From Bacillus rugosus (GTDB lineage Bacteria > Bacillota > Bacilli > Bacillales > Bacillaceae): a stretch of 24,000 bases of DNA. Every line of letters begins with the position of its first letter. Position 1 is the stretch's first letter. Positions 1-10,339 of this stretch are shown in pieces. The position numbers and the translations under genes are program-made. The notes under the pieces were generated by a model. That model was not told the origin of the DNA and ran no database searches. It saw only the letters and a list, made by a program, of their open reading frames with translations. Location of the stretch: the NCBI RefSeq assembly GCF_011745685.2, contig NZ_JABUXO010000028.1. One strand, given 5' to 3'.

Positions 1-1560
1 TTTTCTTACTTCTTCCGCTACAACGGAGAAGCCGCGGCCGTACTCGCCTGCACGTGCCGCTTCAATTGCTGCGTTTAAGGCAAGCAGGTTCGTCTGGTCT
101 GCGATACCATTAATCACACGCAAAATATTGGTGATATCTTTCGATTTCGTTTCCAATCCGCGCACGACTTGTTCTGCTTCTTTAACTGACTTGTCAATGA
201 CGTTCATTTGGCCGACGGTTTGATGAACAAGCTTTCCGCCTTCACTTGCAATTTCTGTTGACTGAACAGATGAATCTGTGATGACTTCAGAAGCTTGAGC
301 CATATTCGTCAATCCGTCATTCATTTGATAAATGTGCTCTGCTGCAGTTTCAATGTTTTCGTTTTGTTTTTCATTGCCGTTAGAAAATTGTTCAATCGCC
401 AATGTAATGTGCTCTGTTGCCTTGCTCGTTTGCGCGGCTGATGCAGTCAGTTCCTCAGAGGAAGCGGCAACATTGTCCACGGAATCCTGGATAGTGTGGA
501 TGAGAGAACGAAGTGACGACGCCATATTGTTGAAGCTTTTGCCGAGTTCGCCCAATTCATCTTTTGAACGGATATCAATGGTTTCCGTCAAATCTCCCTC
601 GCTGATCCGCTTAGAGGAACCGACAAGCTGTTTCAGCGGCGTTGTAATCGACCGAATGATCAATGTCATGACGATAATCCCTATGATAATCGCTGCGGCT
701 AAGACAATTAAAGCAATGTGAAGGACAGGCTGGGCTGCCTCATGAATTTCATCCAAATACATGGTGCCGCCCACTTTCCATCCCGTTAGCTTATTTGTGT
801 CAAAGGCCATTTTTTTCTTATCGCCGTCCATGGTGTATTGAAAATCGCCTTTATCCGCATTTAGCACCTTGTCGAGCCAGTCGCCCTTCAATTCGGTTCC
901 TGAGGTTTCATTAGGATGGGCGACAACCTTTTTGTCCTTCGTCATGATAAATGCGTAGCCTTGTTTGCCGATGTTGACTTTTTTGGTTGTTTTCAACAGA
1001 TTTTCGATCGTCATGTTGATTGCGATAACGCCTGAACCATCTTTTGTCTGTTGAGCAATTGTTACAACCATTGTGTTCGTAGAGGCTGTTTTATACGGGT
1101 CTGTCACAACGACTTTCCCTTTATTCGCAACCGCTTTTTTGTACCAGTCGCGTTCAACCGGGTTATAATCGCTCGGCATCTGAAGATCCGGGTAACGGGT
1201 AAAGCGCCCGTTTTTGTCACTTGTATAAATGGACTCTACATCTTTATTAATGCTGATATATTGTGAGAATTTCTCTGCAATACTTGCATTGCTTTTAGCA
1301 TTATATCTCTTTTTTGTCAGCCATTCGCTGAAGTAAGCAGCGCTGTTTTCTTTTTCACCGATGCTGGTGTTAATGGTTTCGTTTAATTGCTGTACATTTT
1401 CTAAGGCGCTCCCCATCATCTGTCTGTCGAGTGAGCTGCTTGCCGATTGATATGCAATGGCCGCCAATATGACAACCGGTATGATGAGAATCGACAGAAA
1501 GGAAACGAGAAGCTTCCGTGTAATAGATCTTTGTTTTATCAGTTGGAGTATTTTTTTCAT
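1..1560 (-). CDS. mcpA: Methyl-accepting chemotaxis protein, first 520 codons; C-terminus lies beyond the window start
   Basis: Hand translation of the minus strand from ATG 1560-1558 (GGAG 9 nt upstream) stays open to position 1. It is missing from the ORF track because it runs off the edge. It reads [30 protein letters not shown]..., then a Cache-like sensor, a second TM ([20 protein letters not shown]), HAMP ([36 protein letters not shown]) and the signalling hairpin ([34 protein letters not shown]). The symbol comes from similarity to the McpA sequence as I remember it and from its position upstream of tlpA. Confidence 0.85.
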   Translation of the reverse strand, partial: MKKILQLIKQRSITRKLLVSFLSILIIPVVILAAIAYQSASSSLDRQMMGSALENVQQLNETINTSIGEKENSAAYFSEWLTKKRYNAKSNASIAEKFSQYISINKDVESIYTSDKNGRFTRYPDLQMPSDYNPVERDWYKKAVANKGKVVVTDPYKTASTNTMVVTIAQQTKDGSGVIAINMTIENLLKTTKKVNIGKQGYAFIMTKDKKVVAHPNETSGTELKGDWLDKVLNADKGDFQYTMDGDKKKMAFDTNKLTGWKVGGTMYLDEIHEAAQPVLHIALIVLAAAIIIGIIVMTLIIRSITTPLKQLVGSSKRISEGDLTETIDIRSKDELGELGKSFNNMASSLRSLIHTIQDSVDNVAASSEELTASAAQTSKATEHITLAIEQFSNGNEKQNENIETAAEHIYQMNDGLTNMAQASEVITDSSVQSTEIASEGGKLVHQTVGQMNVIDKSVKEAEQVVRGLETKSKDITNILRVINGIADQTNLLALNAAIEAARAGEYGRGFSVVAEEVRK

Positions 1561-1591
1561 CATTCATTTCTCCTTTTTTAAGCTACCCTTC

Positions 1592-1620
1592 ATATCGGCA
1601 GGAAATGGGTAAATATATAC
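1592..1620 (-). promoter_or_regulatory. Sigma-D type promoter for mcpA
   Basis: Minus strand has a perfect GCCGATAT (plus 1592-1599) 31 nt upstream of the ATG. A TATA element lies 14-16 nt further upstream (consensus TAAA-N15-GCCGATAT). B. subtilis MCP genes are known sigma-D regulon members. Confidence 0.7.
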
Positions 1621-1682
1621 ATTAAAAAAGAAGAAATTCAACAAAAGTAACTAATTTCCCATAAATAGATAGTTTCTTAGAG

Positions 1683-3674
1683 CTATTCTTTGTCCACTTT
1701 AAATCGTTTTGTCAGATCACGGAGTTCTTCAGACATTTTTTCAAGCGTCTGTGCTGATGAACTGATCTCCTCCATGGATGCCAGCTGTTCCTGGGCTGAT
1801 GCGGCGATATCTTGGATGCCGTCCGAGCTTTCTTTAGAAATGGCTGTGATATCATTCGAAGCAGCGGAAATTTCTTGAGCTCCCGCTGACAGCTCCTCAA
1901 CCGTCGCATTCATACTTTGCAGTTCGGAAGCAATTTGATTGGTCATGTGTGATATATGTTTGAAACTTTGTTTCGTTTCACCTGTCATGACAAGCCCTGT
2001 TTCAACTTCTTTATTCACGGACTGAAGCACGTTCAATGATGTGTGAATTTCTTTCACAATTTCGCTAATCAGTGATTCAATTTCTTTTGCCGAGTCAGCT
2101 GACTGTACCGCGAGTTTTCTCACTTCCTCAGCGACAACAGAGAAGCCCCGGCCGTATTCTCCCGCTCTGGCCGCTTCGATGGCGGCATTTAAAGCCAAAA
2201 GATTGGTTTGGTCCGCAATGCCGTTGATGACACGCAAAATATTCGTGATATCCTTTGATTTGATTTCCAGCCCCTTCACCACATGTTCCGCTTCTTTTAC
2301 TGAGTGATCAATCGTATTCATTTGGCCGGCTGTTTTCTGTACGAGTGTCTCACCCTTGCTTGATACTTCTGTTGAATCTGCGGATGTTTCCGTAATCACT
2401 GCGGCAGCCCGCGCCAGTTCAGCCAATCCGTCGTTCATTTCATTAATTTGTTCGGTTGTCTTCTCAATTCTGTCGCTTTGGCTTTCGCTGCCGTTTGAAA
2501 ATTGCTCGATGGCCATCGTAATATGCTCAGTGGCTCTGCTTGTCTGGTCAGCGGATGCAGTCAATTCTTCTGATGATGAAGCAACATGTTCTACTGAATC
2601 TTTGATGCCGTGAATGAGTGAGCGAAGTGAGTGGGCCATATGATTGAAGCTCTGGCTCAGAACGCCGAGTTCATCTTTTGAATTGATTTCTATCGTTTCG
2701 GTTAAATCGCCTTCACTGATTTTTTCAGCTGATGCGACAATGCGTCTCAATGGCTTTGTGATCGATCGAATCACAAAATAAATCGCTGTAATTCCAGCTG
2801 CGATGGCAATCGCCAGTACGATTGAAGCCATGGTCAGAACTTTGCTTGCAGCATCGCGGATCTCGTCCACATACATCGTGCCGATTATTTTCCAGCCTGT
2901 TGTTTCGCTTGTGGCAAATGCCATTTTCTTCGCTTTGCCTTGGTATGTATATTCAAAGTCGCCGCTTTTATTTTTGTAGAGCTTATCAACCCAGCTCCCC
3001 TTTAACTCTGTTCCCGCTTTTTCTCCGGAGTAGGCGATGACTTTTTTGTTTTGGCTTAAGATAAAAGCATAGCCTTCTTTGCCGATATTGATTCCTTTCG
3101 CTGTTGTGACCAGGTCATCAATTTTCATATCTATGGCGACAACGCCTGATCCATCCTCCGTCTGGCGGGCGATGGTGACGACCATTTTTCCTGATGAAAT
3201 AGATTCATAAGGCTCAGTGACGATTGTTTTGCCTTTATTAACCATTGCTTCTTTGTACCAATCTCGTTCTAAAGCATTAAAGTCACTCGGCATGTCTGCA
3301 TACGGATAACGTGTGAATTCCCCATCTTTACTGCTGGAAAATACCGCAGCGACATTGTCATTCATTTGGATAAATTGTTTAAATTCCTGTTTCATCTCTG
3401 TTTTCTTTTTATCCTTAAACTTATCTGCTGTAGCCCACTCGCTGAAAAACGCGAGGCTTTTTTCAGTCGTGCTGATTTTATCGTCAATGATATGATCTAA
3501 TACTTGAACGTTTTCCTTTGCGCTTTGCGTCATCTGGATATCAAGAGAGGCAACTGCTGATTGATATGCGCTTACCGAAAGAGCGGTAATGGGAACAATT
3601 AAGATCAGCAGGAAAGAAATAATAAGTCTCCTGGCAATCGATGACCTGCGAATAGTGGTAAATGTTTTTTTCAT
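1683..3674 (-). CDS. tlpA: Methyl-accepting chemotaxis protein (663 aa): TM-Cache sensor-TM-HAMP-MCP signalling domain
   Basis: Full-length ORF in the track. N-terminus [33 protein letters not shown] matches my memory of TlpA. It has a HAMP motif ([18 protein letters not shown]) and a conserved signalling hairpin, and it sits between mcpA and mcpB. Confidence 0.9.
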   Translation of the reverse strand: MKKTFTTIRRSSIARRLIISFLLILIVPITALSVSAYQSAVASLDIQMTQSAKENVQVLDHIIDDKISTTEKSLAFFSEWATADKFKDKKKTEMKQEFKQFIQMNDNVAAVFSSSKDGEFTRYPYADMPSDFNALERDWYKEAMVNKGKTIVTEPYESISSGKMVVTIARQTEDGSGVVAIDMKIDDLVTTAKGINIGKEGYAFILSQNKKVIAYSGEKAGTELKGSWVDKLYKNKSGDFEYTYQGKAKKMAFATSETTGWKIIGTMYVDEIRDAASKVLTMASIVLAIAIAAGITAIYFVIRSITKPLRRIVASAEKISEGDLTETIEINSKDELGVLSQSFNHMAHSLRSLIHGIKDSVEHVASSSEELTASADQTSRATEHITMAIEQFSNGSESQSDRIEKTTEQINEMNDGLAELARAAAVITETSADSTEVSSKGETLVQKTAGQMNTIDHSVKEAEHVVKGLEIKSKDITNILRVINGIADQTNLLALNAAIEAARAGEYGRGFSVVAEEVRKLAVQSADSAKEIESLISEIVKEIHTSLNVLQSVNKEVETGLVMTGETKQSFKHISHMTNQIASELQSMNATVEELSAGAQEISAASNDITAISKESSDGIQDIAASAQEQLASMEEISSSAQTLEKMSEELRDLTKRFKVDKE

Positions 3675-3709
3675 TTCCTTTTGAACCTTCTTTCAATAAT
3701 TTACAAGTT

Positions 3710-3740
3710 ATATCGGCAGATCTTCCTTTATATTACATTG
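3710..3740 (-). promoter_or_regulatory. Sigma-D type promoter for tlpA
   Basis: Perfect GCCGATAT on the minus strand (plus 3710-3717), 35 nt upstream of ATG 3674. TAAT lies 14 nt upstream as a weak -35. Confidence 0.65.
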
Positions 3741-3813
3741 AAAATGAAGGTAAAAATGAAAAATAGTTCTAAAATCACCGAAGAAACTAGTACTTTATTA
3801 TTATTTACTGCAC

Positions 3814-3847
3814 GAAAAAAACAGCGCCTGGATAGCGCTGTTTTTCT
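3814..3847. terminator. Intrinsic terminator after mcpB (symmetric A/T flanks)
   Basis: Stem ACAGCGC (3821-3827) / GCGCTGT (3834-3840), loop CTGGAT, A-run on one side and T-run on the other. It lies 5 nt downstream of the mcpB stop (3852). Confidence 0.8.
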
Positions 3848-3851
3848 GCTT

Positions 3852-5840
3852 TTATTCGATTCTGAATTGCTTCGTCAGATCACGAAGCTCTTCTGCCATC
3901 TGCGCAAGAGTGGTCGCTGATGAACTGATTTCTTCCATAGAGGCAAGCTGCTCCTCGGCAGATGCGGCAATGTCTTGGATGCTTGCTGAGCTTTCTTTCG
4001 ACACATCGGCAATGCCGCTGACTGCTTCTGAAACATGCTGTGAACGGCCTGACAGCTGTTCGACGGTGGAATTCATCGTCTGCAATTTGCCCGCTATTTC
4101 GTTTGTCATGCTGAAAATGCTCTGGAAGCTTTCTTTTGTATTGTCTGTGACAACGAGTCCAGACTGTACTTCTTGATTCACTGCTTTAAACATATGAAGA
4201 GAGGTTTCGATTTCTGCTACGATTTCTTGGATCAGCTTTTCGATTTCTTTTGCTGAATCAGCTGATTGAACAGCCAGTTTTCGCACTTCCTCCGCTACGA
4301 CAGAGAAGCCGCGTCCTGATTCTCCGGCACGCGCCGCTTCAATGGCCGCGTTTAATGCCAGCAGATTTGTTTGGTCAGCGATGCCGTTGATGACTCTTAA
4401 AATGCTTGTGATGTCTTTTGATTTTCCTTCTAAGCCTTTGACCACAGCTTCAGCCTGCTGAACCGATTGATTAATCGAGTTCATTTGTCCGACTGTCTGC
4501 TGGACAAACTTTTCACCCGTTCCGGCGATTTCCGTTGATTGGATAGACGCCTTTGTAATATCTGATGATGTTTGTGAGACTTGCTGGAGCCCTTCATTCA
4601 TTAAATTCAGCTGATGAGAGCTGGAATCAACCTTTTCGCTTTGCTCCTCGTTTCCGTTTGAGAACTGCTCAATTGCCATCGTGATGTGCTCGGTGGCTTT
4701 ACTTGTCTGTCCGGCAGATGCGGTAAGCTGTTCGGACGATGCGGCCACATTGTTCACCGAGTCCTGAATAGCGCTGATCAGTGAACGGAGAGATTGTCCC
4801 ATTTCGTTGAAGCTTTCCCCAAGCTCTCCAAGCTCATCTTTCGAACGGATTTCGATCGTTTCTGTCAGATCCCCGCTGCTGATTGTTTTCGATGATTGAA
4901 CGAGACGTTTTAACGGTTTTGTAATCGAACGAACGATAAACAGAATTAAAACCCCGCCTGCCGCAATGGAAGCGATCAGCACGATCATGCCTGTTATGAG
5001 CACAGACTTTGAGGCATCCTTGATTTCACTCATATACATTGTGCCGGCTATCTTCCACCCAGTCAGTTCATTTGTTGTATATGCCATCTTTTTATCTTCG
5101 TTATTCAAAGTATACTGGAGTTCACCGCTGTCATTAGCATACATTTTTGTTACCCAGTCTCCTGACAGCTTTTCTCCAGCCTTATGGTCCTGGTGGGCGA
5201 CATATGTTTTGTTTTTCGTTGCAATGAAAACATAGCCTTCTTTTCCGACCTTGATTTGCTTCATCTGTTCTAACAATTTATCAATGGTAATGTCCATGGC
5301 GACAACGCCAGATCCGTCCTTCAGCTCCTGTGCAATGGTAATGACCATGCTTCCGTCATTCGCCGCCACGTAAGGATCTGTCACGACAATTTCACCGCCG
5401 GCCTTCATCGCATCTTGGTACCAAGGTCGTTGTCTCGGATCGTATCCATCCGGTAATTTTTCTTTAGGCGCTTGTACATAGGTGCCGTTTTCTATGCCAG
5501 CATAAATTCTGGCCACCCCTTGATTGATAGAAACATATTGCGAAAATTTGGTTTTAATCCCTTCTTGATTAGACTTTCCTTTGAATGCGGAGCTTTTAAG
5601 AGATTCACTGAAAAAGGTGACCGCTTTCGCTTTTGCTCCCAGATCATTTGTAACAGTTGTATTAAATGTATCGACACTGCTTTTCGCATTTCCCATAATT
5701 TCCTGATCCAGCTTTCCGCTGGCGCTTCGGTAAGAACTCAATTCCAATATAAGAATAGGGATAATAAGAATCGCAATAAATGAAACGATTAATTTTCTTG
5801 AGATAGACGGTTTCTTCAGCCAATTGATAAAAGTCTTCAT
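3852..5840 (-). CDS. mcpB: Methyl-accepting chemotaxis protein (662 aa); asparagine receptor McpB homolog
   Basis: Full ORF. N-terminus [33 protein letters not shown] and overall sequence match McpB as I remember it. Same length (662 aa), adjacent to tgl. SD AAGGAGAAA upstream of ATG 5840. Confidence 0.92.
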   Translation of the reverse strand: MKTFINWLKKPSISRKLIVSFIAILIIPILILELSSYRSASGKLDQEIMGNAKSSVDTFNTTVTNDLGAKAKAVTFFSESLKSSAFKGKSNQEGIKTKFSQYVSINQGVARIYAGIENGTYVQAPKEKLPDGYDPRQRPWYQDAMKAGGEIVVTDPYVAANDGSMVITIAQELKDGSGVVAMDITIDKLLEQMKQIKVGKEGYVFIATKNKTYVAHQDHKAGEKLSGDWVTKMYANDSGELQYTLNNEDKKMAYTTNELTGWKIAGTMYMSEIKDASKSVLITGMIVLIASIAAGGVLILFIVRSITKPLKRLVQSSKTISSGDLTETIEIRSKDELGELGESFNEMGQSLRSLISAIQDSVNNVAASSEQLTASAGQTSKATEHITMAIEQFSNGNEEQSEKVDSSSHQLNLMNEGLQQVSQTSSDITKASIQSTEIAGTGEKFVQQTVGQMNSINQSVQQAEAVVKGLEGKSKDITSILRVINGIADQTNLLALNAAIEAARAGESGRGFSVVAEEVRKLAVQSADSAKEIEKLIQEIVAEIETSLHMFKAVNQEVQSGLVVTDNTKESFQSIFSMTNEIAGKLQTMNSTVEQLSGRSQHVSEAVSGIADVSKESSASIQDIAASAEEQLASMEEISSSATTLAQMAEELRDLTKQFRIE

Positions 5841-5872
5841 GTCCAGTTTCTCCTTCAGGTTTGATACAGTAT

Positions 5873-5903
5873 ATATCGGCTGCTTAAAAAAGTTTTAAAA
5901 TAA
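5873..5903 (-). promoter_or_regulatory. Sigma-D type promoter for mcpB
   Basis: Perfect GCCGATAT on the minus strand (plus 5873-5880), 32 nt upstream of the ATG. TAAA lies 13 nt upstream. Confidence 0.65.
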
Positions 5904-5960
5904 AAAATGGAAGAAGATCTTTTTCGGCTGTCTTTTAGCTTTCATTGCCCAAGCCCTGTG

Positions 5961-5969
5961 CATATCTTA
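5961..5969 (+). promoter_or_regulatory. Possible sigma-K type -10 element for tgl
   Basis: CATATCTTA fits the sigma-K -10 pattern CATAnnnTA and lies 22 nt upstream of ATG 5992. tgl is reported to be expressed late in the mother cell. I cannot find a clean AC -35 element. Confidence 0.35.
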
Positions 5970-5991
5970 TAAAAAACAAGGGGGGCTAAAG

Positions 5992-6729
5992 ATGATTATT
6001 GTATCCGGACAATTGCTCCGTCCCCAAGATGTTGAAAACTGGCAGATTGATGAGAATCTAAATCCTCTGTTAAAAGAAATGATTGAGACGCCTGTTCAGT
6101 TTGATTATCATTCAATTGCAGAACTGATGTTCGAGCTTAAACTGCGGATGAATATCGTCGCAGCGGCAAAAACGCTGCACAAAAGCGGAGCGAAGTTTGC
6201 CACTTTTTTAAAAACATACGGGAATACAACGTATTGGAGAGTTTCACCGGAAGGCGCCTTGGAGCTGAAATACAGAATGCGGCCTTCAAAAGCAATTCGG
6301 GACATAGCTGAGAATGGCCCGTTCTACGCGTTTGAATGTGCGACCGCGATTGTTGTCATTTATTATTTGGCCTTGGTCGATACAATCGGGGAAGAAAAAT
6401 TTGATGCCACCTTTGACAGAATTATTTTATATGACTGGCATTATGAGAAATTGCCGATATATACGGAAACAGGACATCACTTTTTTCTCGGAGATTGTTT
6501 ATATTTTAAAAACCCTGAATTTGATCCGCAAAAAGCGCAGTGGCGAGGCGAAAATGTGATTTTACTGGGAAAAGATAAATATTTTGCCCATGGTCTTGGA
6601 ATCTTAAGCGGGCAGCAAATTATCGATAAGCTGAATTCGTTTAGAAGAAAAGGAGCCATACAGCCAGCCTACCTTCTGTCTCAGGCGACCAGACTGGATG
6701 TTCCGTCTCTTTACCGCATTGTCCGCTAA
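5992..6729 (+). CDS. tgl: Spore-coat protein-glutamine gamma-glutamyltransferase (transglutaminase), 245 aa
   Basis: ORF MIIVSGQLLRPQDVENWQIDENLNPLLKEMIETPVQFDYHSIAELMFELKLRMNIVAAAKTLHKSGAKF... matches Tgl as remembered, with the same 245-aa length. SD AAGGGGGG lies 6 nt upstream. Confidence 0.93.
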   Translation: MIIVSGQLLRPQDVENWQIDENLNPLLKEMIETPVQFDYHSIAELMFELKLRMNIVAAAKTLHKSGAKFATFLKTYGNTTYWRVSPEGALELKYRMRPSKAIRDIAENGPFYAFECATAIVVIYYLALVDTIGEEKFDATFDRIILYDWHYEKLPIYTETGHHFFLGDCLYFKNPEFDPQKAQWRGENVILLGKDKYFAHGLGILSGQQIIDKLNSFRRKGAIQPAYLLSQATRLDVPSLYRIVR

Positions 6730-6764
6730 AAACCCCATCGCCTATTTTCGAGACGATGGGGTTT
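6730..6764. terminator. Shared hairpin terminator between convergent tgl and the 84-aa ORF
   Basis: Stem AAACCCCATCG (6730-6740) / CGATGGGGTTT (6754-6764), 13-nt loop. It starts 1 nt after the tgl stop and overlaps the last codons of the minus-strand ORF. Confidence 0.7.
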
Positions 6765-6996
6765 CAAATGCTTTTCGTTTTCGATAAAAAGGGGCTGTGC
6801 CGAAAAACTGGTTCGCAGCCCACTCCATTTTTTCAAGGTCATTTCTTGTCACGATTGGATCTAGGCTGCTCCATTTGATGAAGCGGACAAAATAGTAGCC
6901 TTTGATAGGAGCCATGGTAACTTTTGAGTGAGGCCAGCCTTCAAATACAAACTCAATTTTCCCTCTTTTTTTATAAGAATATTGAAGAATGTTCAT
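6742..6996 (-). CDS. Hypothetical protein, 84 aa (85 if the GTG at 6999 is used); no family recognised
   Basis: [69 protein letters not shown].... SD AGAGGTG (plus 7004-7010) lies 7 nt before ATG 6996-6994. It starts 24 nt after the upstream monooxygenase stop. Its last ~8 codons are encoded by the terminator hairpin. Confidence 0.5.
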   Translation of the reverse strand: MNILQYSYKKRGKIEFVFEGWPHSKVTMAPIKGYYFVRFIKWSSLDPIVTRNDLEKMEWAANQFFGTAPFYRKRKAFETPSSRK

Positions 6997-7020
6997 CACC
7001 TGTCACCTCTGTTTATCAAG

Positions 7021-8052
7021 TTACGTTCGGCAAAGCTCGGCTAACAGCGTTTTTACATCAGCGGGCCCGTTAAGCATTCCGACAGATTGCCCTGCCCACA
7101 GGGACATATATCCGGAATCTTTTTCACTGGCTGCGTGTTTTCTCATCGGCTTTGTTAATGTGTTTTGCAATGGATAAGGAAGCGCGTTTGCCTCCTCTTG
7201 TTGCTGCTCTTTCATCCATTGATTGACTATACCCCGTGCAGGCTTACCCGAAAACAATGAGGTGAGGCGCGTGTCTGTTCCCTGCGCTTTTTTTAATTCT
7301 CCTCTGTACACTTCTGATACTATACATTCCTCACACATGAGAAATGGCGTCCCGACCTGTACGCCCTGGGCTCCGAGACAATGAGCAGCTTGGACGCCGC
7401 GCCGGTCGGCAATTCCGCCTGCCGCGATCACTGGAACGGAAACGGCGTCTGCCGCTTGGGGAATGAGCGACATGAGGCCAAGTGTCGATTCTCCGCTGAC
7501 CGGCAGAAAAGACCCGCGGTGGCCGCCCGCTTCGCTTCCTTGCAGTACGATGATGTCTATTCCACGTTCTTCAAGCAGAACGGCTTCCTGCGGAGTCGTA
7601 GCTGTCCCGATGAGACAGCAGCCATTTTTCTTTAACGCTTGAATGCTTTCATCCGGCGGAATGCCAAACGTAAATGAACAGGCTGTTACATTGTGTTTGA
7701 GAATAATGTTAATTTTTTTATGGAAGTCCTCCCATTCTTCTTCCTCTGAAGAGAATGAAGGAGCCTGTTCGGCGAACGGAATTTTGTTTTTCCAAGTTTG
7801 AACGATGTCCTCATCCGGTTCTTTTCTGCTTTCCGGAACAAACACATTCACCTGAAATACCCGATCAGTCAGCTGCTTCATCTCAATGATTTGCTTTTCA
7901 AGCATGTCGGGACTGAGATATCCGGATGCCAGACTTCCAAGCGCGCCTTCATTTGACACAGCGGCTGCGAGGACGGGCGTGACAAGCCCTCCGGCCATTG
8001 GCGCTTGGATAATAGGTTTTGTCAGCGATAATGCTTTCATCCATTCTGTCAT
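7021..8052 (-). CDS. FMN-dependent nitronate monooxygenase / 2-nitropropane dioxygenase family protein (YrpB-like), 343 aa
   Basis: NMO motifs KPIIQAPMAGG, VLQGSEAGGHRG and VIAAGGIADRRG. I place the start at ATG 8052-8050 (MTEWMKALSLTKPII) because of SD AGGAGGGG at 8057-8064. The 374-aa track ORF would overlap yugU. Confidence 0.85.
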   Translation of the reverse strand: MTEWMKALSLTKPIIQAPMAGGLVTPVLAAAVSNEGALGSLASGYLSPDMLEKQIIEMKQLTDRVFQVNVFVPESRKEPDEDIVQTWKNKIPFAEQAPSFSSEEEEWEDFHKKINIILKHNVTACSFTFGIPPDESIQALKKNGCCLIGTATTPQEAVLLEERGIDIIVLQGSEAGGHRGSFLPVSGESTLGLMSLIPQAADAVSVPVIAAGGIADRRGVQAAHCLGAQGVQVGTPFLMCEECIVSEVYRGELKKAQGTDTRLTSLFSGKPARGIVNQWMKEQQQEEANALPYPLQNTLTKPMRKHAASEKDSGYMSLWAGQSVGMLNGPADVKTLLAELCRT

Positions 8053-8065
8053 GAAACCCCTCCTG

Positions 8066-8464
8066 TTACCCCATAATTTTGATATAACAACTCCGTGTAC
8101 GCGGGCCGTCAAATTCACAGAAATAAATGCCCTGCCATGTTCCAAGAATCAGCCGGCCGTTTTCAATAATGACTTGCTGTGAAGCTCCCACCGTACTCGA
8201 CTTCATGTGTGCAGCTGTATTGCCCTCCATATGGCGGTCGAGCTCGTGTTCCCATGGATACACCTCATCAAACCTTCTGAGCATATCTTTTTTGACGTCC
8301 GGATCGGCATTTTCATTAATTGTAATGCCCGCTGTCGTATGAGGACAATAAATCAGTGCCGCGCCGCTCGTTACACCAGTTTCTTGAAGAAACGCTTCCA
8401 CCTCGCGTGTGATTTCAATCATTTCATCTCGTTTGTTCGTTTTGATTTGCATTGTTTTCAGCAT
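8066..8464 (-). CDS. yugU: YjbQ/UPF0047 family protein (secondary thiamine-phosphate synthase-like), 132 aa
   Basis: ORF with the family core [22 protein letters not shown]...[20 protein letters not shown] lies 7 nt before ATG 8464. Sits next to yugT as in strain 168. Confidence 0.88.
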   Translation of the reverse strand: MLKTMQIKTNKRDEMIEITREVEAFLQETGVTSGAALIYCPHTTAGITINENADPDVKKDMLRRFDEVYPWEHELDRHMEGNTAAHMKSSTVGASQQVIIENGRLILGTWQGIYFCEFDGPRTRSCYIKIMG

Positions 8465-8548
8465 TTGTTTCTCCTTTCATTTATCCGCTCTATTTGCTAT
8501 TTCGTTCTGTGTTCTTTTTTTCCTGTTAAACCGCTCTCATAAACCTGA

Positions 8549-8584
8549 TAAAAAACAAAAAACTCCAGTCTCACGCTGGAGTTT
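8549..8584 (-). terminator. Intrinsic terminator of yugT
   Basis: Minus strand reads AACTCCAG-CGTGAGA-CTGGAGTT followed by TTTTGTTTTTT. The stem (plus 8561-8583) begins inside the yugT stop codon. Confidence 0.85.
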
Positions 8585-10247
8585 AGCGCCATACATATAT
8601 TCTTGCTTCATACGGTTTTAACAGTACTGATGTCATGTGCTTGTGACTCTCTGTTTCAACATTTGACAATACGAGTGCGTCTGATGACAATGGTAACCCA
8701 GAGTGCTTGAATAAAGCTGGCGTTCCTGTCAGATTGGCCGTAATCAGTGCAGTATGGCTCTCGTTTTTCCGAAGATACGCAAAAATTTGCTGATCTTCCG
8801 GTAAAATGAGCTCGTATGTCCCATTAATAAAAACATCGAATATTTGGCGCAGATTGATCAGGCTTTTGTAAAAGTGGTATACGGATGTTTTGTCGTTTTT
8901 TTGAGCCTCGGCATTCAGCCATTTGTAATTCTCATTGATTCCGATCCACGGTCTGGCCTCAGAAAATCCGGCGTATGGATCAGCATTCCATTGCATAGGT
9001 GTTCGTGAATTGTCCCTTCCCTTTTTCCAGACAATCTTCATGACGTCTTCGTGTGATGCGCCTTTCGCCGTTTCTATTTCATACAGGCGTTTCATGGCGA
9101 CGTCATCATAGTCCTCAATAGATGGAAATGCCACGTTTGTCATACCAAGTTCCTGTCCCTGATAAATAAACGGTGTGCCTTTCATGAGAAAATAGACAGA
9201 AGCAAGCGCTTTTGCACTTTCTTTCAGGTACACTCCGTCGTCTCCCCACACAGAAACTGAACGGGGCTGGTCGTGATTTTCCATAAACAAAGCATTCCAG
9301 CCGATCCCTTCAAGACTGTCTTGCCAGTCAGTTAGAATTCGTTTGAAGGAAACGATGTCAATGCTTTCATTGATCTCTACATCCCACAGGCCGAGATGTT
9401 CAAATTGAAAAATCATGCTGAAAATGCCGTTTTTTTCTCCAGCCCATTCAGCCGCTTCCTTTGCAGCGACACCGTTTGCCTCACCGACTGTCATAATCGG
9501 ATAACGGGAAAATGTGTTTTCTTTCAGCTCTGTTAACAAACCCATTATGCCGTCAGCATTCATATGATAAGGAAAGGAAGGTACGCAATCCAGCCCTTTT
9601 GGATTCGGCATATCGGGAAGCCCTTCTTTTTTCTTAATATGCGTAATGGCATCCACCCGAAATCCGTCAATTCCTTTATCAAGCCACCAATTCACCATGT
9701 CGTAAACAGCATTTCTCACCTTTTCATTTTCCCAATTCAAATCAGGCTGTTTTTTATCAAAAAGGTGAAGATAATACTGGTTTGTCTTTTGATCATACTG
9801 CCATGCCGGCCCGCCGAAAATGCTTTCCCAATTGTTCGGCGCTTTTCCGTTTTTGCCATCCTTCCAAATATACCAGTCGCGCTTTTCGGAGTGTATGGAA
9901 GAACGGGATTCAATGAACCACGGGTGTTCGTCGCTTGTATGGTTCACGACAAGATCCATAATCAGCTTCATGCCCAGCCCATGAATGTCATCAAGCAGCT
10001 GGTCGAAATCCGCCATAGTGCCGAAATCGCTTAATATGTTTTTATAGTCCCTGATATCATATCCGTTATCAGCATTTGGCGAATCATACAGCGGGCAAAT
10101 CCAGATGACGTCAGCGCCCAGCTCTTTTATGTAATCAAGCTTGGATCTGATTCCTTGAATATCTCCGATTCCATCGCCATTTGAATCTTTAAAACTGCGG
10201 GGGTAAATTTGGTAGACAATCGATTCCTTCCACCAAGCCTTTTTCAT
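8583..10247 (-). CDS. yugT: GH13 oligo-1,6-glucosidase family alpha-glucosidase, 554 aa
   Basis: GH13 conserved regions DLVVNHTSDEH, GFRVDAITHIKK, TVGEANG and FMENHDQPR. N-terminus MKKAWWKESIVYQIYPRSF. SD GGAAGGAGTGG upstream. Confidence 0.92.
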   Translation of the reverse strand: MKKAWWKESIVYQIYPRSFKDSNGDGIGDIQGIRSKLDYIKELGADVIWICPLYDSPNADNGYDIRDYKNILSDFGTMADFDQLLDDIHGLGMKLIMDLVVNHTSDEHPWFIESRSSIHSEKRDWYIWKDGKNGKAPNNWESIFGGPAWQYDQKTNQYYLHLFDKKQPDLNWENEKVRNAVYDMVNWWLDKGIDGFRVDAITHIKKKEGLPDMPNPKGLDCVPSFPYHMNADGIMGLLTELKENTFSRYPIMTVGEANGVAAKEAAEWAGEKNGIFSMIFQFEHLGLWDVEINESIDIVSFKRILTDWQDSLEGIGWNALFMENHDQPRSVSVWGDDGVYLKESAKALASVYFLMKGTPFIYQGQELGMTNVAFPSIEDYDDVAMKRLYEIETAKGASHEDVMKIVWKKGRDNSRTPMQWNADPYAGFSEARPWIGINENYKWLNAEAQKNDKTSVYHFYKSLINLRQIFDVFINGTYELILPEDQQIFAYLRKNESHTALITANLTGTPALFKHSGLPLSSDALVLSNVETESHKHMTSVLLKPYEARIYVWR

Positions 10248-10339
10248 ACAGCCACTCCTTCCTAAGTGTGCGGTCTATATATCTTATGTAGAAAAAAGGC
10301 TTTACAGCATTGCTTTTTCCGAATACCATCAGCGGTCAT

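Noticed and set aside
1370-1567. 65-aa minus-strand ORF overlapping the mcpA start in another frame
   Set aside because: It overlaps the real mcpA N-terminus, which is in a different frame starting at ATG 1560 with an SD and extends 520 codons to the window edge. It is a frame artefact.
332-5235. Plus-strand ORFs inside the three MCP genes (332-721, 1051-1266, 1690-1878, 2356-2613, 2822-3040, 3313-3495, 3910-4176, 4966-5235)
   Set aside because: All lie antisense to long, well-supported chemoreceptor ORFs and lack SD sequences. They have low-complexity Ser/Ala/Cys-rich translations typical of shadow frames opposite Ala/Glu/Ser-rich coiled-coil coding sequence.
7021-8145. The 374-aa version of the monooxygenase ORF; likewise the 165-aa version of yugM (14513-15010) and the 455-aa version of pgi (14943-16310)
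   Set aside because: The longest-ORF starts overlap the upstream gene (yugU) or run through a terminator into pgi, or sit inside the SD. In each case an internal ATG with a good SD gives the expected protein N-terminus.
9564-10034. 156-aa plus-strand ORF inside yugT, and similar antisense ORFs in yugS, yugP, yugO, pgi, yugK, yugJ, alaT, alaR, yugF and patB
   Set aside because: They lie opposite confidently identified conserved enzymes, have no ribosome binding sites, and have unremarkable or low-complexity translations.
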